Shown: positions 57,530 through 64,000 of the stretch, piece by piece | Layout of the letters: each line of letters begins with the position of its first letter | Numbering within the stretch: the first letter of the stretch is position 1 | NCBI GenBank assembly: GCA_035934995.1 | Contig: DASYXI010000031.1 | Coordinates: 2,357 to 66,356 of the forward strand | Direction of reading: 5' to 3' | Origin: Stellaceae bacterium | GTDB taxonomy: Bacteria; Pseudomonadota; Alphaproteobacteria; ATCC43930; CGMCC-115725 | DNA length: 64,000 nucleotides | Notes under the pieces: model-generated | The model's database searches: none | What the model saw: the letters and a program-made list of their open reading frames with translations, nothing else | Told to the model about the DNA's origin: nothing | Translations under genes and position numbers: made by a program

Positions 57530-57904
57530 ATGGGGGAACCGCCCGATCTCGCCGCGCTCGCCCGCCGCTATGTCGAGCTTTGGCAGGAGCAGTTGACCGC
57601 CATGGCGGCGGATCCGGTTTTCTCCCAGGGCATGGCGGCGCTGGTCGCGGGCCTGTCGCCGCTCTGGCCCATCTCCGAGGGAGCGCCGCGCGATGATGTT
57701 CGCCGAACCGCACGATCGGCCGCCGCCGCGTCAGGGTCCGCGGCCGCTGGCGCTGCATCTCGCCAACGCCAGCCTGACCTGGCTCAGCTCGCAGGCCGCC
57801 TTGCCGCTTTGGAAGACCGGCTCGCTGCCTTGGAGTCCGGGTCTCGCGGCCGAGGCGCAAAACCTCGCGCAAAGCCTCAACGCGCTCGACGGCGCCGCCG
57901 CTGA
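57530..57904 (+). CDS. hypothetical 124-aa ORF; its first 54 codons look coding, the rest overlaps the PhaC-like gene out of frame (may be the displaced N-terminus of that gene)
   Basis: MGEPPDLAALARRYVELWQEQLTAMAADPVFSQGMAALVAGLSPLWPISEGAP has GC3 about 87 percent (47/54, hand count). After 57693 this frame drops to about 59 percent, while the PhaC-like frame shows about 83 percent. Confidence 0.3.
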   Translation: MGEPPDLAALARRYVELWQEQLTAMAADPVFSQGMAALVAGLSPLWPISEGAPRDDVRRTARSAAAASGSAAAGAASRQRQPDLAQLAGRLAALEDRLAALESGSRGRGAKPRAKPQRARRRRR

Positions 57905-58928
57905 ATTTCCGGCGGCGCTCGAGCGCGAGCTGCGCCGCCGCGCCGATCTCTTCCTGGCCGGGATCGAGCGTTATCGCCACCATCCCTATCGCCGCGCGCT
58001 GCCCGACATGCCCGTGCTGTGGCAGGAAGGCTCGACGCGTCTCCTCGATTACGCGCCGGCCGGCGGATTGCCGCTGCTCGTCGTGCCGTCGCTGGTCAAC
58101 CGCTACTACATTCTCGATTTGGCGCCCGGAAACAGCCTGCTACGGCATCTGGCCGGCGAACGCATTCGCGCCTTCGCCGTCGATTGGGACGCGCCTCTTG
58201 GCGAGCGTAAGTTTACGCTCACGGATTACATCTCGAGACTCGAACGCGCCGCCGAGGCCGCGGTGCAGGCATCGGGCGGACGCAAGTTGTGCGTCCTGGG
58301 CTATTGCATGGGCGGCTTGCTCGCGCTGGCGCTGGCCGCGCGCCGGCCGGATCTCGTTGGCTCGCTGGCGCTGCTCGCCGTGCCCTGGGCCTTTCATGCC
58401 GAACGCGCCGACCACGCGAAACTCCTCGCCTCGATGGCCGATCCCTTCGCCCGCGCCTTTGCCGAAATGGGCGAGGTGCCGGTGGACGTGCTCCAGGCGC
58501 TGTTCGCGTCGCTCGATCCGCTGTTGGCGGTGAAAAAATTCACCCGCTTTGCCGAGTTGGCAAGCGACAGCCCCGCCGCCTTGGGCTTCGTCGCGCTGGA
58601 GGACTGGCTCAACGACGGCGTGCCGCTGGCGCTGCCCGCGGCGCTCGAATGTCTGCGCGATTGGTATGGCGCGGATCGGCCCGGCCGCGGCGAATGGCGC
58701 ATCGGCGGCAAGGCCATCGTGCCGGCGGAAATATCCGTGCCTTCGCTGGTGATCCTGCCGGCGACCGACCGCATCGTGCCGCCGCTTGCGGCCAAGGCCC
58801 TGGCCGAAACGCTGCCCAAGGCCGCGGTGATGACGCCGGCGCTGGGCCATATCGGCATGGTGGTGGCGCGCGACGCGCCGAAGGCGGTGTGGCCGAAGCT
58901 GACGGCGTGGCTGCGGGCGCAGGACTAG
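57693..58928 (+). CDS. PHA synthase-like alpha/beta hydrolase (class III/IV PhaC-like)
   Basis: 411-aa ORF. PLLVVPSLVNRYYILDL...AVDWDAP...TLTDYI aligns with class III PhaC as I recall it. Lipase-box-like GYCMGG with the catalytic Cys. Adjacent to phaR. Confidence 0.75.
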   Translation: MMFAEPHDRPPPRQGPRPLALHLANASLTWLSSQAALPLWKTGSLPWSPGLAAEAQNLAQSLNALDGAAAEFPAALERELRRRADLFLAGIERYRHHPYRRALPDMPVLWQEGSTRLLDYAPAGGLPLLVVPSLVNRYYILDLAPGNSLLRHLAGERIRAFAVDWDAPLGERKFTLTDYISRLERAAEAAVQASGGRKLCVLGYCMGGLLALALAARRPDLVGSLALLAVPWAFHAERADHAKLLASMADPFARAFAEMGEVPVDVLQALFASLDPLLAVKKFTRFAELASDSPAALGFVALEDWLNDGVPLALPAALECLRDWYGADRPGRGEWRIGGKAIVPAEISVPSLVILPATDRIVPPLAAKALAETLPKAAVMTPALGHIGMVVARDAPKAVWPKLTAWLRAQD

Positions 58929-58944
58929 CGCGCAACTTTTTTCT

Positions 58945-59104
58945 TACCCTCGCCCCCTGAAAGGGGGAGAGGGCAGGGTGAGGGGGTCTCCTTTTTTCGT
59001 CATTGCGAGCGCCGTTGGCGCGAAGCAATCCAGACGCTGGATCGCTTCGGCGCTACGCGCCTCGCGATGACGGAATAACAAAACCCTCCGTGTCTCCGTG
59101 GTGA
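58945..59104. repeat. REP/MITE-like element copy C: G/C hairpin module + 73-bp core + one outer arm
   Basis: Hairpin module TACCCTCGCCCCCTGAAAGGGGGAGAGGGCAGGGTGAGGGGGT (58945..58987). Core 58999..59071. Arm CCCTCCGTGTCTCCGTGGTG (59085..59104) matches the copy A arms. Confidence 0.85.
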
Positions 59105-59116
59105 TTCTTTGGCGTG

Positions 59117-59932
59117 CTACTCCGCCCGCGTCGCGCCCATGCTGAATCCCTTCGCCGTCATGCACTGGTTGAATTCGGCGATCGGCACTTGCTCCTCGGC
59201 GCCGGTGTATTCGATCAAACCCGTTTCGGGCCGATAGATCGCTTCGAAGTTCGCATCGTACGGCGACGCGCTTGAGGCGCGCACCGTGGCCGCACATTCG
59301 CTCACGGCCCTGGCGATCACCTCGTGTCCGACGGCCACCGCGTGCGTCGCCGATTGCGCCAGCCATTCGCCCGACGCTTTTTTCGCCGCGGCGATTTGGT
59401 CGGCGCTCATTTTTTGCGCCAGCGCGTCGCGCAGATCGGCGGCATGCGTATCGCCCCGGGCGGCGGCGATGTCGTACCACTGATAAGCCGCGACACTGTC
59501 CTGCCCGACGCCTTGGCCCGTTTCATAAAGCGAGCCCAGCTTCTCCATCGACCACGGATCGCCGGCGCTGGCGGCCCGGCCGAACCACGAAGCCGCCTGG
59601 CCGTAATCCTGCGTGACGCCGGTTCCCGTGAGATAGGCGGTGCCCAGCCGGCTCATGGCGACGTCGTTGCCGCCCGCGGCCGACTTTTCGTACCAGGCAA
59701 CTGCCTGCTGCTGGTCTTGCGGCACGCCATCGCCGCCGGCGTAAAACCCGCCGAGCGCCAGCTGCGCCGTCGCGTTGCCGCTTTGCGCGAGCTGCTCGAT
59801 ACAGGCAAACGACGCCTGGTGATCTTGCATCGCGGCGCAGCGGTTATAATCGTCGGTGGCATCGGCCCGCGCGGCGCTGGCCGATAGCGTCAACAGGAAC
59901 AGCACGGCAATCGCAAGTGTCTTTGAGAACAT
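59117..59932 (-). CDS. exported Sel1-repeat (SLR/TPR-like) protein with uncharacterised C-terminal domain
   Basis: 271-aa ORF. Signal peptide MFSKTLAIAVLFLLTLSASAARA. Repeated Sel1 units (AQLALGGFYAGGDGVPQDQQQAVAWYEKSAAGG, etc.). The last 85 aa or so have no recognisable motif. Confidence 0.85.
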   Translation of the reverse strand: MFSKTLAIAVLFLLTLSASAARADATDDYNRCAAMQDHQASFACIEQLAQSGNATAQLALGGFYAGGDGVPQDQQQAVAWYEKSAAGGNDVAMSRLGTAYLTGTGVTQDYGQAASWFGRAASAGDPWSMEKLGSLYETGQGVGQDSVAAYQWYDIAAARGDTHAADLRDALAQKMSADQIAAAKKASGEWLAQSATHAVAVGHEVIARAVSECAATVRASSASPYDANFEAIYRPETGLIEYTGAEEQVPIAEFNQCMTAKGFSMGATRAE

Positions 59933-59970
59933 TGTTCGTCTCCTGGCGCCTATCTTGGCGTTCTCTGTTC

Positions 59971-60117
59971 ATCATTGCGAGTGCCGAATGGCGCGAAGCA
60001 ATCCAGCGTATTGTCCTGGATCGCTTCTGCGCGATGCGCCTCGCGATGGCGGGATAGGAACCTTTCCTATACCTACCCTCGCCACCGTGAGCGGGGGTGA
60101 AGGCAGGGCGAGGGGTA
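59971..60117. repeat. REP/MITE-like element copy D: 80-bp core + G/C hairpin module
   Basis: Core 59971..60050: ATCATTGCGAGTGCC..GCGAAGCAATCCAG / CTGGATCGCTTCTGCGCG..GCCTCGCGATGGC. Hairpin module TACCCTCGCC...GGCGAGGGGTA (60074..60117). Confidence 0.85.
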
Positions 60118-60255
60118 AACGCCAGTGCGGTGCCGGCAAATCAAGTTCCGGGAAATTGTCCCAAAGATCGGCAACGTGAAAGTACGACTAGCGGAATTGG
60201 TCGAGCCTGTGTAGGGGTGGGACGTCGAACCGTATCGGCACGTGTGGTGCGCGAC

Positions 60256-60486
60256 ATGGCAACGTCGGTTGCGCCGATGCATTTTGGCTGCGACAGTCAC
60301 CTGTCAAAAAGCTCTCGCGGTTCCGTACGATCGGCCGACGAAACCGCCGCCATCGCCGCCGTTGGCGCCGGCAAACGGTCGCGCCACGTTGCCGTCGTCA
60401 CCTACGACAAGAAGCGCGCGCTCGATACATTGGCGCGCATCCTCGGTCTGTGCGCCGATCCGCCAAAAACGGCCGAGAGTCCATGA
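60256..60486 (+). pseudogene. terminase small-subunit C-terminal remnant (or small phage-derived ORF), translationally coupled to terS
   Basis: Part of ORF 60097..60486. From about 60334 on, GC3 is high. VVTYDKKRALDTLARILGL parallels IRLHDKHAALEALVRHTGL at the C-terminus of the intact TerS. Its stop overlaps the terS ATG as ATGA (60483..60486). The start is uncertain (ATG 60256 or 60277). Confidence 0.4.
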
Positions 60487-61010
60487 ATGACCGCGAACGC
60501 CGCTTTGTCGCCGAATATGCGGTCGATTGTAACGCGCAGGCGGCGGCGCGTCGCGCCGGTCTCCGCACGACGAACATTTCGAGTTACCTGCTTCATCACA
60601 AGGAGGTCGCCGCCGCCGTCGCGAAAGTCGAGGCCGAGCGTTCCGCCCGCCGGCGCGTCACGGCCGATCGTATTTTGGAGGAATATGCGCGCATTGCTTT
60701 CGCCGATATGCGGGATTTCGTCGATTGGGGCCCGGACAGCGTCACGCTGCGCGATAAAGCCAAGCTGTCGGAATGGGAGGGCGGCGCGGTCGCGCGCGTC
60801 GAGCCGCCCGGCAACGGCAAGCTCGGTAGCATCCGTCTCCACGACAAGCACGCGGCGCTTGAAGCGCTCGTGCGCCATACCGGCCTGTTCGATTCCTACC
60901 GCGCCTTGAGTCGGCGGGATGAGCGGCGGACCGGTCGTGATGCGCGCAACGTCTTGGTCGAACGGCTGAAGCGTCTTGCGCGCGGCGAAACGGAGCCGCC
61001 GAAATCGTGA
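60483..61010 (+). CDS. terS: phage terminase small subunit (P27/Terminase_2-like)
   Basis: ATG 60483 gives MNDRERRFVAEYAVDCNAQAAARRAGL (HTH-like N-terminus typical of this family). The stop overlaps the terL ATG. Confidence 0.85.
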   Translation: MNDRERRFVAEYAVDCNAQAAARRAGLRTTNISSYLLHHKEVAAAVAKVEAERSARRRVTADRILEEYARIAFADMRDFVDWGPDSVTLRDKAKLSEWEGGAVARVEPPGNGKLGSIRLHDKHAALEALVRHTGLFDSYRALSRRDERRTGRDARNVLVERLKRLARGETEPPKS

Positions 61011-62359
61011 ACCAACGGAGCCTCGCCGAAATTCTCGTTCGGCAATTTCCGGAAGCCGAATGGCGGACGCACATCGATGGCGCCGACGACGTTCAGTTGG
61101 GCGGCACGCTCGACGATTGGGAATTCTGGGCGCGGCCCAATCAGCTTCCGCCGCAGGGCGATTGGCGCGTCTGGCTGCTCCTGGCCGGCCGCGGCTTCGG
61201 CAAGACGCGCAGCGGCGCCGAATTCGTCCGCGCCCGCGTCGAAGCCGGCTTGGCGTCGCGCATCGCGCTGGTCGGCCCGACGGCATCGGACGTCCGCGAC
61301 GTGATGATCGAGGGCGAAAGCGGCTTGCTCGCCGTCGCGCGCGAAGACTGTCGACCATTCTATGAACCTTCGAAGCGCCGGCTCACCTGGCCCAACGGCG
61401 CGATGGCCTTGGCGTTTTCGGCCGACGAACCGGAACGCCTGCGCGGTCCGCAGCACGATCTCGCCTGGTGCGACGAGCTCGCTTCGTGGCGCTATGCCGC
61501 CGCGTGGGACAATCTGCTGCTCGGCTTGCGCCTGGGCGCCGATCCGCGCGCCGTGGTGACGACGACGCCGAAGCCGACGAAGCTGATCCACGATTTACTT
61601 GCGTCGCCCGGCACGGTCGTGACCCGCGGCTCGACGTTCGACAACGCCCTCAATCTGGCGCCGGCGTTTTTGGAGTCCGTCGTGCGCCGCTATCGCGGCA
61701 CGCGGCTCGGCCGCCAGGAGCTCGAGGCCGAATTGTTGGAGGATTTACCGGGCGCGCTGTGGTCGCGCGACGCCATCGAAGCCGCGCGCGCCAACGCCGC
61801 GCCCGACCTCGCGCGCATCGTCGTCGCTATCGATCCGGCCGTGTCGTCGGGCGAAGGCGCCGATGAAACCGGCATCGTCGTCGCCGGCTTGGCGCACGAC
61901 GGCCAGATCTATGTGCTCGACGATCTGTCGGGCCGCCTGAGTCCGCGCGCCTGGGCGCTGAAGGCCATCGCCGCGTACAGGAAATTCGCCGCTGACCGCA
62001 TCGTCGCCGAGGTCAACAATGGCGGCGACATGGTCGAAGCCACATTGCGCTCGGTGGCAGGCGACGCGCCGTTCCGCGCGGTACGTGCGTCGCGCGGCAA
62101 GGCGGTGCGCGCCGAGCCGGTCGCTTCGTTGTACGAGCAGGGCAGGGTGCATCACGTCGGCGGCTTCGCCGCGCTGGAGGATCAATTGTGCGGCTTCACT
62201 GCCGGTTTCGACCGCGCCGCGGCGGGCGCGTCGCCCGACCGGCTCGATGCGCTGGTCTGGGCGGTGACCGACTTGATGGGCAACCGCGACGCCGCGATCC
62301 TCGATTACTACCGCCGCCTCAGCGAAGGCGGCGTTTTGTCCGCCGCCGGACAAAATTAA
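61007..62359 (+). CDS. terL: phage/GTA-type terminase large subunit
   Basis: 450-aa ORF. WEFWARPNQLPPQGDWRVWLLLAGRGFGKTRSGAEFV (Walker A) closely resembles RcGTA g2-type terminases as I recall them. Confidence 0.9.
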   Translation: MNQRSLAEILVRQFPEAEWRTHIDGADDVQLGGTLDDWEFWARPNQLPPQGDWRVWLLLAGRGFGKTRSGAEFVRARVEAGLASRIALVGPTASDVRDVMIEGESGLLAVAREDCRPFYEPSKRRLTWPNGAMALAFSADEPERLRGPQHDLAWCDELASWRYAAAWDNLLLGLRLGADPRAVVTTTPKPTKLIHDLLASPGTVVTRGSTFDNALNLAPAFLESVVRRYRGTRLGRQELEAELLEDLPGALWSRDAIEAARANAAPDLARIVVAIDPAVSSGEGADETGIVVAGLAHDGQIYVLDDLSGRLSPRAWALKAIAAYRKFAADRIVAEVNNGGDMVEATLRSVAGDAPFRAVRASRGKAVRAEPVASLYEQGRVHHVGGFAALEDQLCGFTAGFDRAAAGASPDRLDALVWAVTDLMGNRDAAILDYYRRLSEGGVLSAAGQN

Positions 62360-62439
62360 TTGCGGGCCTGTTATCGGCAGGTACAATAATTCCCGATCGA
62401 GCCGCCGGAAGAGCGGCCGGAGTGGAATCGGGGGGAGCC

Positions 62440-62655
62440 GTGCGCTGTTATTTCATGCGGGACGGCCATATCGCGGCCGTCGAATTGTTGAGTGACGCGT
62501 CGGACGCGGCGGCGATCGCGCAGGCCCTGGTGCTGTTCAAGGAACGCCAGGACAAGTACGCCAGCTTCGAGATCTGGGACCGCGCGCGCTTCGTCTACCG
62601 GTTTCCCGCGGACGACGACACGACGAGCGGCGACAAGCCGAAACCGGCTGCCTGA
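62440..62655 (+). CDS. small conserved hypothetical protein (71 aa)
   Basis: In frame within ORF 62188..62655. GTG 62440 is preceded by GGGGGGAG. VRCYFMRDGHIAAVELLSDASDAAAIAQALVLFKERQDKYASFEIWDRARFVYRFP resembles a small-protein family I recall as common in Bradyrhizobium-like genomes. Confidence 0.5.
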   Translation: MRCYFMRDGHIAAVELLSDASDAAAIAQALVLFKERQDKYASFEIWDRARFVYRFPADDDTTSGDKPKPAA

Positions 62656-62670
62656 CGGATCGCCGTCAGG
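62651..62670. terminator. hairpin between convergent genes
   Basis: CCTGACGG-ATCG-CCGTCAGG (8-bp stem) overlapping the stop codon at 62653..62655. No clear T tract. Confidence 0.3.
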
Positions 62671-62682
62671 ACGACCGCCTGC

Positions 62683-63273
62683 TCATTGCGGCAGATTGGG
62701 ATCGAGCTGTCGCGCCCGCGCAATATCGGCGGCGCCCCCGGCGGCATCGCCGGTCTGCTGTTTCGAGATGCCGCGGATGTCGTACGACAGCGCGTCGTTC
62801 GGATTGAGCAGGATGGCCCGATTGCAATCCTGGATCGCAAGATCGAATCGATCCTCTGAGAAATAAGCCAGGGCGCGTCCGCCCCAGGCGCCGCCGTCGT
62901 TCGGATTGAGTTGGATGGCGCGGTTATAGTCCGCTTCGGATAGATCGTAGCGACGCTTCCCGCCGTAGAGATCGCCGCGCAGCTTGATGGCGATCGCGTA
63001 GGTCGGATCGAGCCGGATCGCCTGGCTTAAATCGCCGATCGCGAGGTCGACTTGGCCCGTGCGGTTGTAGCCGGTGGCGCGATTGGTGAACACACGCGCT
63101 AAATTCTGGTCGGTTTCGCCGCCCGACTGGATGATGGCGGTGCAGGCGCCGATGACCAGATCGGGACTGCCGTGCGCGCATTGTTGCCAATTCGCGTCTC
63201 GGCTCTGCGCCAGCGCGCTTGCGGCGAGCACGAGGCCAAACGACAGGACGACGCTGAACAGTTTCCCCTGCAT
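62683..63273 (-). CDS. exported tetratricopeptide-repeat (TPR) protein
   Basis: 196-aa ORF. Signal peptide MQGKLFSVVLSFGLVLAASALAQ, then 4-5 TPR units (AIRLDPTYAIAI..., AIQLNPNDGGAW..., AILLNPNDALSY...). Confidence 0.8.
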   Translation of the reverse strand: MQGKLFSVVLSFGLVLAASALAQSRDANWQQCAHGSPDLVIGACTAIIQSGGETDQNLARVFTNRATGYNRTGQVDLAIGDLSQAIRLDPTYAIAIKLRGDLYGGKRRYDLSEADYNRAIQLNPNDGGAWGGRALAYFSEDRFDLAIQDCNRAILLNPNDALSYDIRGISKQQTGDAAGGAADIARARQLDPNLPQ

Positions 63274-63295
63274 GTGAGCCTCCCCAGGCTGTTTC

Positions 63296-64000
63296 TTACG
63301 GCTCGCTCACGCCCCACTTGGTGAAAACGGCGGCGATGTCGGGCGAAAGCTTCGTGGCCTCCGCGATGTCGGCGTCGCCGCCTTCCTTGTCGCCCAGCAT
63401 GTGCTTGGCGATACCCTGACCATAGAGCAGCGTGTCGCCGCCGGGCTCCTGCTCCAACGCCTGATGGTAGTTGGCGAGGGCGGCGGCGGGCTGCTTCATC
63501 TTGAGATAGACCAAACCGCGATTGCTGTACGCCTCGGCGTCCTTGGCGTTGAGCTTGATCGCCTGGTTACAGTCGGCCATCGCCTCTTGCAGCTTGCCGA
63601 CGATGGCGCGCGCGAGACAGCGCATCGTGAAGCCCTCGGCTTCGCCCGGTTGCAGCCGGACGGTCTGGCCGAAATCCTCGATGGCGCGGTCGTACCGGTC
63701 CTGCACGAAGTCGATCATGCCCTTGCCCGAGTACGCGACCGCCGGTTGCGCGTGCAGCCGGATCGCGGCGTCGAAATCGGGCCCGGCATAGTCGAAATCG
63801 CCGTTCTGGAGATAGGCGTTGCCGCGGCCGATATAGAGGATGCCGTCGCCGGGATTGAGCTGGAGCGCCTGCGTGAAATCCGCGATGGCCTTGTCGTATT
63901 GGCCTGCCGCCGAATAGGCGCCGCCGCGGTTATAGAGCGCGGCGTTGAGAGTCTTGTTGGTCCCGCCGCCCGCCTGGATGACCGCCGAACAGGCGGCGAT
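63296..64000 (-). CDS. TPR protein, C-terminal part (gene continues beyond the right edge)
   Basis: The ORF track lists 63296..63718 from an internal Met. Hand translation shows the frame stays open to 64000 (...IAACSAVIQAGGGTNKTLNAALYNRGGAYSAAGQYDKAIADFTQALQLNPGDGILYIGRGNAYLQNGDFDYAGPDFDAAIRLHAQPAVAYSGKGMIDF...). Paralogue of the neighbouring TPR gene. Confidence 0.75.
   Translation of the reverse strand: MAACSAVIQAGGGTNKTLNAALYNRGGAYSAAGQYDKAIADFTQALQLNPGDGILYIGRGNAYLQNGDFDYAGPDFDAAIRLHAQPAVAYSGKGMIDFVQDRYDRAIEDFGQTVRLQPGEAEGFTMRCLARAIVGKLQEAMADCNQAIKLNAKDAEAYSNRGLVYLKMKQPAAALANYHQALEQEPGGDTLLYGQGIAKHMLGDKEGGDADIAEATKLSPDIAAVFTKWGVSEP

Noticed and set aside
56302-60117. The four repeats as a CRISPR array
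   Set aside because: Spacing is irregular (0.7-1.8 kb) with whole genes in between. The repeats are long imperfect palindromes in mixed orientation, and there are no cas genes.
60097-60255. The N-terminal part of ORF 60097..60486 as coding sequence
   Set aside because: It starts inside repeat copy D and has poor coding signal. Only the last 50 codons or so look coding.
59117-64000. A complete prophage, GTA cluster or defence island around the terminase genes
   Set aside because: No portal, capsid, tail, integrase, restriction, toxin or nuclease genes are recognisable. Only Sel1/TPR proteins and small hypothetical ORFs flank the terminase pair.

Overview
GC-rich (about two-thirds G+C by eye) alphaproteobacterial chromosome segment. 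Gene content and repeat types are reminiscent of Bradyrhizobiaceae/Hyphomicrobiales (inference only). Left third: the oxidative pentose-phosphate operon gnd-zwf-pgl with overlapping stops and starts, a lone EcfG/RpoE2-like ECF sigma gene, a GH13 alpha-glucosidase, and a tightly packed 17.4-kb eight-gene minus-strand operon otsA-glgE-treS/pep2-glgB-glgX-treZ-malQ-treY. This operon combines all three trehalose routes with the GlgE alpha-glucan pathway, and an exact GGAAC-N16-CGTT general-stress promoter motif sits in front of otsA. Middle: sodB-PLD-rlpA, a diiron ferritin-like protein, a class II aldolase / amidohydrolase-2 / class II aldolase triad, cytochrome bd (cydAB) plus an MscS channel, a TetR-controlled SDR / EntE-like aryl-AMP ligase / amidohydrolase cassette, cspA with a textbook terminator, a GMC oxidoreductase, an MTHFR-like gene, FAH, coq7-dsbB-dedA, tRNA-Leu(CAA), ppc, and a Rieske oxygenase operon headed by an unusual protein (MucR-like N-terminus, AT-hook-like motif, degenerate cold-shock-like domain). 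The right part (55-62 kb) is the plastic region. It holds a frameshifted methyltransferase, four copies of a modular palindromic REP/MITE-like repeat bracketing phaR and a Sel1 gene, a PhaC-like gene whose coding signal switches frame about 55 codons in, and an orphan terS-terL pair (GTA/prophage remnant) preceded by a terS fragment. I saw no rRNA, CRISPR array, intact IS or integrase. Many long ORFs in the track are antisense or alternate-frame shadows typical of high-GC DNA. All family assignments come from motif recognition by eye, not database searches.
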